DNA from: Myxococcota bacterium
GTDB taxonomy: Bacteria; Myxococcota; XYA12-FULL-58-9; JABJBS01
Length of the DNA: 36,804 bases
Assembly (NCBI GenBank): GCA_036339465.1
Contig: JAYZAY010000074.1
Span: 1-36,804, forward strand
Direction: 5' to 3'
The notes beneath the pieces were generated by a model. It was given only the letters and a program-made list of their open reading frames with translations, did not search any database and had not been told where the DNA came from. Shown here one piece after another: positions 19,720 to 28,178 of the stretch. Within the stretch, counting starts at the first letter, position 1; the number at the start of each line of letters is the position of its first letter. Made by a program: the position numbers and the translations under genes.

Positions 19720-20633
19720 ATCTAAGTTCCTCTGCAGAGTCGCGCCTTAAAGTACAGCCAATGGGTTGGAGGGTTTGGCTACAAGCGGCTCGACCCGCAA
19801 CTTTGCCGGCAGCGTTGGCACCAGTGCTGTTGGGTATAGCCTGTGGGTTTCACCATGGTCAGGTTGATGCGGGCGGGTCGGTCCTCTGCGTGTTGATTGC
19901 TCTTGGAATTCAAATTGGGACGAATTTTGCCAATGACTATTTCGATTTCAAAAAAGGGGCCGACGGCCCAGGCCGATTAGGGCCAACCCGAGTAACATCG
20001 AAAGGCTTGGTGGCTCCTTCCGCAGTAGCGTGGGCAACGGTGATTACGTTCGCAATTGTGTTTTTGTTGGGGTTAATCCTAGTGGCACAAGTGGGCTGGT
20101 GGCTTTTACTTTTGGGGATTGCTGCAATCCTTTCTGGCTTGCTCTACACTGCAGGACCTTTTGCGCTCGCTTATACAGGTCTTGGCGATATTTTCGTGTT
20201 GCTGTTTTTTGGCCCGGTGGCTGTGGTGACAACAACCTATATCAATATAGGTGCGTGGTCCCAGGTTGCGTTCATGACTTCAATTTCAGTGGGAATGCTC
20301 ATTACGGCTATTTTGGTCGTCAATAATCTCAGAGACCGGCTTTCCGACGCCCAGGTCAACAAGCGAACCTTGGTGGTTCGTTTTGGTCAGCGTTTTGGGC
20401 GACTGGAGTATGGAACCTTACTTATAACTTCTTTCGGAATTCTTATCGTGGGTGTGGTGGTAGGTCTCCTACCTAGGGGGACTTTATTGGCATGCTTCAT
20501 GATTCCCAAGGCCCTGATCCAAATCCAAAAAATCAATCAATTGGATGGTGCAGTGCTGAATGCGGAACTCGCTGCTACGGCTAAGTTGAGCCTAGGGGTA
20601 GCGCTGCTTTTGGCTATCGGGGTGAGCATGTGA
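19716..20633 (+). CDS. menA: 1,4-dihydroxy-2-naphthoate polyprenyltransferase
   Basis: RPATL, NFANDYFDFKKGAD, LVVNNLRD..SD...KRTL; multiple TM helices; ATGA overlap with the menD stop. Confidence 0.95.
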   Translation: MNLSSSAESRLKVQPMGWRVWLQAARPATLPAALAPVLLGIACGFHHGQVDAGGSVLCVLIALGIQIGTNFANDYFDFKKGADGPGRLGPTRVTSKGLVAPSAVAWATVITFAIVFLLGLILVAQVGWWLLLLGIAAILSGLLYTAGPFALAYTGLGDIFVLLFFGPVAVVTTTYINIGAWSQVAFMTSISVGMLITAILVVNNLRDRLSDAQVNKRTLVVRFGQRFGRLEYGTLLITSFGILIVGVVVGLLPRGTLLACFMIPKALIQIQKINQLDGAVLNAELAATAKLSLGVALLLAIGVSM

Positions 20634-21691
20634 AGGTTTGTCTGACATCCATAGAGGCCTATGGGCTTGCTTTTGTTTCGCCGCTCCATACTGCTAATGC
20701 GACTCTTCGAGAGCGTTGCGGCTATTTTTGTTCTGTTTCCACCCTCGACGACTCTTTTTCGAGTGTGGGCGAGGTTGCGCCATTGCCCGGTTGGAGTACC
20801 GAAACTTTGTCAGAGGTTAAGATTGTTTTAGAGTCTTTGATTGGTTCAGTTTTCGATATTGAACCAGATGCATTCTTACGGGAAGGACTCGGCGATACCG
20901 AGCGTCGTTTATGTGGGTACCATGCTGCTATCTGTCATGGTGTTGAGTCCGCTATTCTAGAGATCCTGGCTCAGCGGGAAGGACTGCCGGTAGCGGCCCT
21001 ACTCAATTATCGTTATGATTCAGTACTGCCCTACTGTCAGATGGTTCAGTCGTTTCAGGCCGGTGTCGATTTTGTTGTTCAGGGGGGAAGAGCGGTTAAG
21101 CTAAAAGTCTCACATGGGACGGTGGCGGAGGATATTGAAAGAGTAAGCCAAATGCGCCAGGAAGTTGGCCAATTAGCAGAGATTAGAGTTGATGCAAATT
21201 GCGGTTGGGAGTTGGCGGAAGCGAGACAATTTATAGAAGGTGTGGTTGGGCAAAAGGTTTCCTTACTCGAAGAACCCCTGCAAAACCGAGAAAAAGATGG
21301 GCTTCGTTCTTTGTCAAGCTCAATTAAATTGGCGGCCGATGAATCCGTTAGAACCCATGCCGAGTTAGAAGACATTGGAAGTGAAGGTATTTATGGCGTT
21401 GTGGTATTGAAGCCCATGTTGTGTGGGGGGCCCATTCAGGTATTGAAGATGGCTCGACGCAGCCGGGAGCTTGGTCTTGAATTTGTTATCACGACTTCTT
21501 TTGAGACGGGCCTGGGCCGGTCGGTCGCGATTCATACTTCGGCAGCGTGCGGTCTAGAAGGCCAATTACCAGGTGGCTTAAATACCTCCAGTGTCTTTGC
21601 TTCAGATCCATGGTATTTTCCTAAAGGCCAGTCTGGTTTCATTACTATCCCAAATCAGGTTGGTTTGGGTGTGCGGAGGGAAATCCCATGA
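20630..21691 (+). CDS. menC: o-succinylbenzoate synthase (enolase superfamily)
   Basis: GEVAPLPG, KLKV, RVDAN, EEP, ADES, LKP; men cluster context. Confidence 0.9.
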   Translation: MKVCLTSIEAYGLAFVSPLHTANATLRERCGYFCSVSTLDDSFSSVGEVAPLPGWSTETLSEVKIVLESLIGSVFDIEPDAFLREGLGDTERRLCGYHAAICHGVESAILEILAQREGLPVAALLNYRYDSVLPYCQMVQSFQAGVDFVVQGGRAVKLKVSHGTVAEDIERVSQMRQEVGQLAEIRVDANCGWELAEARQFIEGVVGQKVSLLEEPLQNREKDGLRSLSSSIKLAADESVRTHAELEDIGSEGIYGVVVLKPMLCGGPIQVLKMARRSRELGLEFVITTSFETGLGRSVAIHTSAACGLEGQLPGGLNTSSVFASDPWYFPKGQSGFITIPNQVGLGVRREIP

Positions 21692-23517
21692 CGATGCTTC
21701 CCAATCCCCTTATGAGTTCATGTTTGGCTCGGCCAGACCACCCCGCTTTGAAGTGCGGAAACACCGAACAAACCTTTCGTGAGCTTACTTTGCACGTGCG
21801 ATCTTTGGCCAGCTCCTACCTTGCTCGCGGGGTTGAACCGGGTTCTAGGGTATTGTTACTTATTGAAGAACCGTGTGGTTGGATTCATCATTTTTTGGCG
21901 TTGAGGTGGCTGGGTGCAGTGCCGTTTCTTTTAAGACCCAATCTGGACCTTAGCGTTCTAGAATCGGTGTTTCTAGAAACCGGTGCGTTGGTGGCAGTGA
22001 CCGATCAAGAAGAACTTTCGAAACGGCCGAATGTTATTTTGAATTCGAATCTCATTTTATCCGAAGAATTGGCCGAGGAACGATTTTGGTTGTTGGAGGA
22101 ACCGGCTTTGGCGCTCAGAACTTCCGGCTCATCGGGAAAACCCCAATGGCATCACCTTTCCGTGGGACAGCTTTTTTTCAGCGCCATGGGAATGATGATT
22201 CGTTTAGGGCATGCCCCTTGTGACCGATGGTATGTGGCGTTACCTCTCAACTTTGTCGCTGGGGTGTCTATGCTTTTTAGGGCAATTTGGATGGGGGTTA
22301 CTATCGAGGTTGGACTACCCTTTACCCCTAAGGGGTTTCGTGAAGCCATTGAGTCAAGTGGTGTTTCATTGGTTTCTATGGTGCCGACGATGCTCGAAAA
22401 AGTTCTCTGCGCATTTCCCAATTGGTCTCCACCTGATAGCCTGCGAGCGGTATTGGTGGGAGGTGATGCTTGTGCTCACTCACTCTTAGCGAGAGCGGAG
22501 AAGAGTCACTGGCCGGTGGTCACGACTTGGGGAATGACGGAGTGCGCTTCTCATATCGCTACGGGGAAACCCGGAGAGAATTCTGCGGAGACTTGGGTTG
22601 GTCCAGTGCAACCGTTTGCTCGGGTTGAAGAGGAGAACGGGCGTTTGGTTGTCTCTGGCCCCATTACTGCCGATGGTCGAATGGAGACCTCAGATTTTGG
22701 TTTAGTAGAAGAAGGTTCTCGGGTGAAGATTCAAGGTCGCGTTGGCGACATGTTTATCAGTGGCGGTATGAATGTTTTTCCTCGGATGGTTGAGAGGGTT
22801 GCGGAGAAATCCTGCAGCGTTCGTAAGGCTGTGGTGATGGATATACCTCACCCTTATTGGGGTGCCAGGCCTATCCTTTTTGTTGAATATGTCGAGGGAG
22901 ATTTTGCCCTTCAAGACTTGGTGCAGCTTCGTACGGATCTGTTGACTCATCTGAATCAAGCAGAGTGTCCTGATTGGTTGGTTTTGGTTAAGGCGCTCCC
23001 CGAAACTCCTCGTAATAAGGTGGATCGTCAATGTCTTCGGAATTGGTTTGCAGGCTCTGGATTATTCAAGAAGTTTGTGTTGCTTCAAAGTGACGAGGAG
23101 TTCATCCGGTATCGCTCGGGGCTCAAATGTTTTGAGGGTTACGATGGTGTGAACCAGTTGGCAGGTGCACCTGAGCTGGTCATCTTCACCGAGAACTTTA
23201 TAGAAGAAGGTAAGGGAAGTTTTACCCGTGGTCACTCGATCAATCACAACTTTCAATTTTTCGCCGAGGCGCATGGGGGATTTGTAATCGGCTTCGGAAT
23301 GAACCAAGGGCATTCCCCAACCCTTGGTGAAGATATTTCCAAGATGGGTCTTTTCGGTGGCGAGGAGATCTTCAAAGGCTGCATGGCAATATTCGTAGGC
23401 TCTTCCAAAGAAGGCGATACCCGCTCTGTCAACTTCATTGAATCTAACAGTCACAGTCGTTTCGAAACCCATGGCCGCTCCCAGGTTAATAACGCGAGCA
23501 AAGGTGAGCAACTATGA
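21688..23517 (+). CDS. menE: o-succinylbenzoate--CoA ligase with an approximately 150-aa C-terminal extension overlapping an antisense gene
   Basis: TSGSSGKP, WGMTE, TSDFG, GR..DMFISGG.NVFP, NKVDR. The recognisable ligase domain ends near 23055 but the frame stays open to TGA at 23515-23517. Confidence 0.85.
   Translation: MTMLPNPLMSSCLARPDHPALKCGNTEQTFRELTLHVRSLASSYLARGVEPGSRVLLLIEEPCGWIHHFLALRWLGAVPFLLRPNLDLSVLESVFLETGALVAVTDQEELSKRPNVILNSNLILSEELAEERFWLLEEPALALRTSGSSGKPQWHHLSVGQLFFSAMGMMIRLGHAPCDRWYVALPLNFVAGVSMLFRAIWMGVTIEVGLPFTPKGFREAIESSGVSLVSMVPTMLEKVLCAFPNWSPPDSLRAVLVGGDACAHSLLARAEKSHWPVVTTWGMTECASHIATGKPGENSAETWVGPVQPFARVEEENGRLVVSGPITADGRMETSDFGLVEEGSRVKIQGRVGDMFISGGMNVFPRMVERVAEKSCSVRKAVVMDIPHPYWGARPILFVEYVEGDFALQDLVQLRTDLLTHLNQAECPDWLVLVKALPETPRNKVDRQCLRNWFAGSGLFKKFVLLQSDEEFIRYRSGLKCFEGYDGVNQLAGAPELVIFTENFIEEGKGSFTRGHSINHNFQFFAEAHGGFVIGFGMNQGHSPTLGEDISKMGLFGGEEIFKGCMAIFVGSSKEGDTRSVNFIESNSHSRFETHGRSQVNNASKGEQL
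23062..23472 (-). CDS. Hotdog-fold acyl-CoA thioesterase (4HBT/YbgC family), probable DHNA-CoA hydrolase
   Basis: VRFNEVDRAGIAFF..AYEYCHAAFE, PLVHSEADYKSP; ATG at 23472 with GGGAG upstream on the minus strand. Resembles the cyanobacterial-type DHNA-CoA thioesterase. Confidence 0.85.
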   Translation of the reverse strand: MGFETTVTVRFNEVDRAGIAFFGRAYEYCHAAFEDLLATEKTHLGNIFTKGWGMPLVHSEADYKSPMRLGEKLKVVIDRVTTGKTSLTFFYKVLGEDDQLRCTCQLVHTIVTLKTFEPRAIPDELLVTLKQHKLLE

Positions 23518-24593
23518 CACAAACTAATACAGTGTCCACAAAGAATTACTTTTCATCAACTCAAGCAGTGTTGGCCCCCATGGTTAGGGCGGCTCAAGTT
23601 GCAGGTGTCAAATCTCTACAGGAGCAGTTACAGGATATTCAGCGATGGCTCTCCGCGGACCTGGTTGACTTAGAAGCTTCTTTTTTACGCGCCACGGCGA
23701 TTGATGCGGATTGCGCACGTAAGGCAGCAGATCATCTCTTACGACAGCCCGGTAAGCGCGTTCGTCCGTTATGTGTGCTCTTAGCCGCTCGCGCCGGTGG
23801 GGAGGCGATGAGCGAAACGGTGAAGGAGCTCGCCATTGCTTGCGAGTTAGTCCACTCGGCGACACTTTTGCATGACGATGTGCTCGATGAAGGGCGTATG
23901 CGTCGAGGAGCTGAGGCTTCAAGGGTGCTATACGGGAATTCAGCGAGTGTTTTGGGGGGCGATTATTTGCTTATCGAAGCCCTGCGGCGAGTGCGTCGCA
24001 CGGGGGAAAATGAGTTGCTGGGTCGGTTGATGGATGTCATTGACGGCATGGTTCGAGCTGAGGCAGCTCAATTAGATCGCCGCGGCTCCTTTGGGGCCGA
24101 TGCAGATGCCTATCACTATATTATATATGGTAAGACGGCTTCTATTTTTGAGTGGGGATTGTCCGCAGGAGCTCGGGTAGCAGGTTTGAGCCAAGAAGCG
24201 ATCGATGGCTTTGCGGGTTACGGGAAAGCAGTGGGAATGGCCTTTCAATTGGTAGATGATATTTTGGATTTGACCGCAGATGATGCCGCCTTAGGAAAGA
24301 TAGGTCTAGCCGATCTGCGAGATGGAAAATTGACTTGGCCCTTGATTTTGGCGACGGAGGAAAATCCGGGATTGGAACGAGAATTGGATCGCTTGGTGAA
24401 GAGTGCCGATGACGAAGTCGATTTGTCATCGGTTCGAGCTCAGATCTTGGCGACAGATTGTATTGAACGGTCTCAAATCAAGGCGAGAGCCTACGGCCAA
24501 GAAGCGAGGGATTTTTTGTCCGTAGTTCCACCTTCCGAGGCTCGAGAGGCTTTGTTGACCGTGATAGATGCCGTGATTGAGAGGGGTTTATAG
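23514..24593 (+). CDS. Long-chain polyprenyl diphosphate synthase (IspB/HepT-like)
   Basis: GKRVRP, ATLLHDDVLD (FARM, small Ala at -5), RRG, GKTA, FQLVDDILD (SARM). Confidence 0.92.
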   Translation: MTQTNTVSTKNYFSSTQAVLAPMVRAAQVAGVKSLQEQLQDIQRWLSADLVDLEASFLRATAIDADCARKAADHLLRQPGKRVRPLCVLLAARAGGEAMSETVKELAIACELVHSATLLHDDVLDEGRMRRGAEASRVLYGNSASVLGGDYLLIEALRRVRRTGENELLGRLMDVIDGMVRAEAAQLDRRGSFGADADAYHYIIYGKTASIFEWGLSAGARVAGLSQEAIDGFAGYGKAVGMAFQLVDDILDLTADDAALGKIGLADLRDGKLTWPLILATEENPGLERELDRLVKSADDEVDLSSVRAQILATDCIERSQIKARAYGQEARDFLSVVPPSEAREALLTVIDAVIERGL

Positions 24594-24594
24594 G

Positions 24595-25590
24595 ATGCAG
24601 CGTCTGGCGACTATTTGTGTTGGAAATCCGGAAGACGTGCCTAAAGTGCGTTCTCGACTCATTGAACTCGGCTTATGGCTTAATGAGCTTGGCGGTTCAT
24701 CTATGTCCGCATTTGAGGTTTCGGGGGTATCAGGGAGGATAAACGTTCAGGATATAAGAGAAATTCCGGGTATTAGCGAGGTGCTTACCCAGCGAGATAT
24801 AACGCCGCTTCTGAGTAAATTATCTGGGAAGCCGGTTCGCTTGATGGAGTCTTGTACATTGGGATCGGACCTTCCACCGGTTCTCTTTGCGGGGCCCTGC
24901 AGTGTGGAATCTGAAGGCATGCTGGATGAAATTGGTGCAGCGGTAGCTACGGCAGGTGGAAAATTTCTGCGTGGTGGTGCCTATAAACCTCGAACGTCTC
25001 CCTACTCGTTTCATGGTGTTGGGGAAAAGGGTCTCCACTGGCTGAGGGCGGTGGCTGAGAAATACAAGCTTGGCGTGGTTACCGAGGTGCTGAGTGAAGA
25101 CGATGTGGCGGTCGTTGGTGCCTATGCGGATTTGATTCAGGTAGGTTCGCGGAATATGCAGAATTTTGCATTGCTGAAAAAAGTTGGTGCTTTGGGAAAA
25201 TCGGTCCTTTTAAAGCGAGGTATGGCGTCCAATTTGGAAGAGTGGAAGCTCGGTGCGGAACACCTTCTATTTGATGGGGCTAAGGACGTGGTTTTTTGTG
25301 AGCGCGGTATTCGGGGTTTCACTGAAACGACTCGTAACTTATTGGACCTACAGGCGGTTGCTGACCTTTCATTGGCTCAAGGTTTTCCGGTGATGGTAGA
25401 TCCTTCTCACGCGAGTGGACGGCGAGATCTCATCTTACCGATGACCATGGCGAGTTTGGCGTCTGGGGCCCACGCAATCATGGTCGAGGTACATCCATGT
25501 CCCGCTAAAGCCAAAAGTGATGGGCCACAAGCGCTGGGCTTATCTGAGTTGGTGGAACTGGGAGCCGCCATGGGTTGTTTGTCTTCGTAA
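24595..25590 (+). CDS. aroF: DAHP synthase, type I-beta, with N-terminal regulatory domain
   Basis: AGPCSVES, RGGAYKPRTSPYSF.G, GSRNMQNF, LLKRG, CERGIR, DPSHASG, SDGPQ. Confidence 0.93.
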   Translation: MQRLATICVGNPEDVPKVRSRLIELGLWLNELGGSSMSAFEVSGVSGRINVQDIREIPGISEVLTQRDITPLLSKLSGKPVRLMESCTLGSDLPPVLFAGPCSVESEGMLDEIGAAVATAGGKFLRGGAYKPRTSPYSFHGVGEKGLHWLRAVAEKYKLGVVTEVLSEDDVAVVGAYADLIQVGSRNMQNFALLKKVGALGKSVLLKRGMASNLEEWKLGAEHLLFDGAKDVVFCERGIRGFTETTRNLLDLQAVADLSLAQGFPVMVDPSHASGRRDLILPMTMASLASGAHAIMVEVHPCPAKAKSDGPQALGLSELVELGAAMGCLSS

Positions 25591-25672
25591 AAGTCCCATT
25601 CCCGGGTTGTTTAGCGCAGGTAATATCTGTCTCTGGTTTGAGCTTTAAGGCAATGGGAGATAAGACTCCCAT

Positions 25673-26500
25673 ATGCTCAAGTTTTGGAAATACCAAGCTA
25701 CGGGTAATGATTTTGTGATCGTTGATCGATCTCAAGAAATTAATTTGCTCTCCTCTGAGGTGGTTCAACGGATTTGTAAGCGAAATACTGGTGTTGGTGC
25801 GGATGGGGTTCTTTCTTATTGTTCTTCAGAAACCGCCGATGCTCGGATGCATATTCAAAACTCTGATGGTTCGGATGCGGGGATGTGTGGGAATGGAATC
25901 CGAGCTCTTGTGCGGTATTTGTATGATGAATCTCATATTGCAGAGGATCGACCTTCCCTGACTCTGGAGGTAAATGGTCAAGAGTATGGAGTTTCTCGTC
26001 TATCCCACGAAATATACGAAGTGGACATGGGAATTCCGGTTGAGATTCATGCTGAGTTACCATTGGCTGATGCGGGGGGAGCCTATCAAATCGATTTAGA
26101 CGATAAGGTGTTCAAAGGATGGTTGCATCATTTTGGCAATCCTCATTTCTCGGTACTCACCTCCGACGACCCCATGGTATTGGCGCAAACTTATGGGGGG
26201 GTGCTAGAGCGACATGAGACATTTCCGAATCGAGCGAATATTGGTTTTGCCCGATATTTGGGGGATGGTGTTTTGGAGATGGTTGTTTATGAACGTGGGG
26301 TTGGAATTACCCAGGCTTGCGGAAGCGGTGCATGTGCTATGGGGGTATCGGCTTTGAAGCAAGGGTTGAGAGTTCAGGAAAAGCTCTACCAGATCCAATT
26401 ACCTGGCGGGCGATTGATGATTCGGGTCGATAGTTCGTTGCGGGTTTTTATGAGGGGGGAAGCTCAGCGAGTTTTTATGGGTACGGTGGAGGATTTGTGA
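25673..26500 (+). CDS. dapF: Diaminopimelate epimerase
   Basis: GNDF, GVGADG, NSDGS...MCGNG, GNPH, ERGVG.T.ACGSG. Confidence 0.95.
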   Translation: MLKFWKYQATGNDFVIVDRSQEINLLSSEVVQRICKRNTGVGADGVLSYCSSETADARMHIQNSDGSDAGMCGNGIRALVRYLYDESHIAEDRPSLTLEVNGQEYGVSRLSHEIYEVDMGIPVEIHAELPLADAGGAYQIDLDDKVFKGWLHHFGNPHFSVLTSDDPMVLAQTYGGVLERHETFPNRANIGFARYLGDGVLEMVVYERGVGITQACGSGACAMGVSALKQGLRVQEKLYQIQLPGGRLMIRVDSSLRVFMRGEAQRVFMGTVEDL

Positions 26501-28176
26501 GTCGTACTGAATTATTTGCATTGAGTACCGCAGGCGAGACAAAGTACGCCGAGTTTTTGGAACGTCTCCAGGAGGTTGCACAGCTACGGGTGGTCGAAGA
26601 TGTTCAAAATGAAATTTCTTTTTCATCCACAGTGCCACATTTACTGATTACCTCGGGGGCTAGATTTAACTCTACAGTTTCGAAAGTATTATTTTGGACC
26701 CACAGTTGGAATATCTTGGTTGTTTGCTCCAATCGTTTCGAGGTGAAGCATTGGGAAAGATGGGCCGAGAAGGGTGTTCTTTTTTGGGAGTTGAATCATA
26801 GCCCTCCGGAATGGATGGCCCACTTTATAGACCTCTTATCTCGTGATGAAGGTGTGGACCGTTTGACCGAAATGCGACTCTGGCTGATCCATGGACTTTC
26901 GCTCTTGAGGGGAGCAGAGACCGGAGTGCGCAACTTCTCGATACTTACTTCTCAACTTTCTTCATTGTTGGATGGAAAAGAGTACCTTTCTTGGCGGTTA
27001 ATGGACGATGGGAATTTTCGATTAAAGGGTGGGGGTAAGAACCGAGGAAAACGTGAATTTCCGGCCACGATTTTGACTGAAACCAATGAAGGGAAAAGAC
27101 TTTTAAAGTATGGCTTTGTTGATTCAGCCCGAGGATTTCATCCGCTTGAATCTCCGGATAACCCGCGGTGTATTTTTCTCTTCACGAGTGGGATCAATGG
27201 GACGTGGCTTTTTGAGTGTCAACACGAGGGAAGCATCAATTTAGAATTGTCCCTCTGGATGGCGACTCTATTTCTACGGGCTGGGGCTCGGTGTTTTGAG
27301 AGACTTACCGAGTCTCATTTCTTGCGCTCTCAAGGAGATTTTACGTGGGAATTGAAACGTCAATTCGAGAGTGCCAAAAGAACAAAACGCCCTTTCTCGC
27401 TGTTACGTATTCAGTTGGAACGTGTGGATTCGGATACCTCTCTTGATCATGGAGAATGGTGTCGCCGGCTACAAATCATTGTTGCCCGTGAAATCCGAAC
27501 GCGGGTTCGAAGTTATGATGATGTTGGTGAATCAGGTCTAGATGGAGTCGAGGTTCTTCTTACGGATACGACTTTTTGGTTGGCGAATCTAATTGCCATG
27601 AGAATTTCCAAGCGTCTTCAAAAGGTTGTTACTCAATCGAGCTATCATGGGAAGGTTCGTTTTGGGTTTGTCTATTCGGTAGCTACTTATCCTTATTCTG
27701 CATCGAATTTGCACGGCTTGAGGTTTACCCTAGACCGCGAGACTCGAGGGCAAGTTGAAGCCGGGGCCAGGATTGAATTTACTCAGGGGCCTCAAGGGGC
27801 GCCACCCTCGGAATTGAATTTTGAATTTTGGTCTAGGGATTCTCTTTTGGCATTTGAGCCTATTCTATTTCGCGATTTAGCTGCTTGTAGCGAGGGTGCG
27901 GGATGTCTTGTTGCCACGGGTCGATGGGCAGAGGCATGTACAGCGGCAGAGACATTTCTTGGGAGACTTCAACAGTCTGGTTATATTGTTCATTTGAGTC
28001 AAACTGGTATTGAAGGGGGGGAAGACTATTTGGCTTGTTTGACACCCCACCGGTCGATTTTGCTTAAAACCAGAAGCGTTTCTGAAGGTTATGAGGTTTT
28101 CCTGTCTACGGCATCAATGAGAGCCCGAAATTGTATTGAAGAATTTCTTGGGCAGCTAAGGGGCGAAGAGGAGTAA
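26497..28176 (+). CDS. Multidomain protein with a degenerate GGDEF-like domain
   Basis: ELKRQFESAKRTKRPFSLLRIQLE ... RVRSYDDVGESGLDGVEVLLTDT ... SVATYP follows the GGDEF fold pattern, but the catalytic motif is lost. Confidence 0.65.
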   Translation: MSRTELFALSTAGETKYAEFLERLQEVAQLRVVEDVQNEISFSSTVPHLLITSGARFNSTVSKVLFWTHSWNILVVCSNRFEVKHWERWAEKGVLFWELNHSPPEWMAHFIDLLSRDEGVDRLTEMRLWLIHGLSLLRGAETGVRNFSILTSQLSSLLDGKEYLSWRLMDDGNFRLKGGGKNRGKREFPATILTETNEGKRLLKYGFVDSARGFHPLESPDNPRCIFLFTSGINGTWLFECQHEGSINLELSLWMATLFLRAGARCFERLTESHFLRSQGDFTWELKRQFESAKRTKRPFSLLRIQLERVDSDTSLDHGEWCRRLQIIVAREIRTRVRSYDDVGESGLDGVEVLLTDTTFWLANLIAMRISKRLQKVVTQSSYHGKVRFGFVYSVATYPYSASNLHGLRFTLDRETRGQVEAGARIEFTQGPQGAPPSELNFEFWSRDSLLAFEPILFRDLAACSEGAGCLVATGRWAEACTAAETFLGRLQQSGYIVHLSQTGIEGGEDYLACLTPHRSILLKTRSVSEGYEVFLSTASMRARNCIEEFLGQLRGEEE

Positions 28177-28178
28177 GG

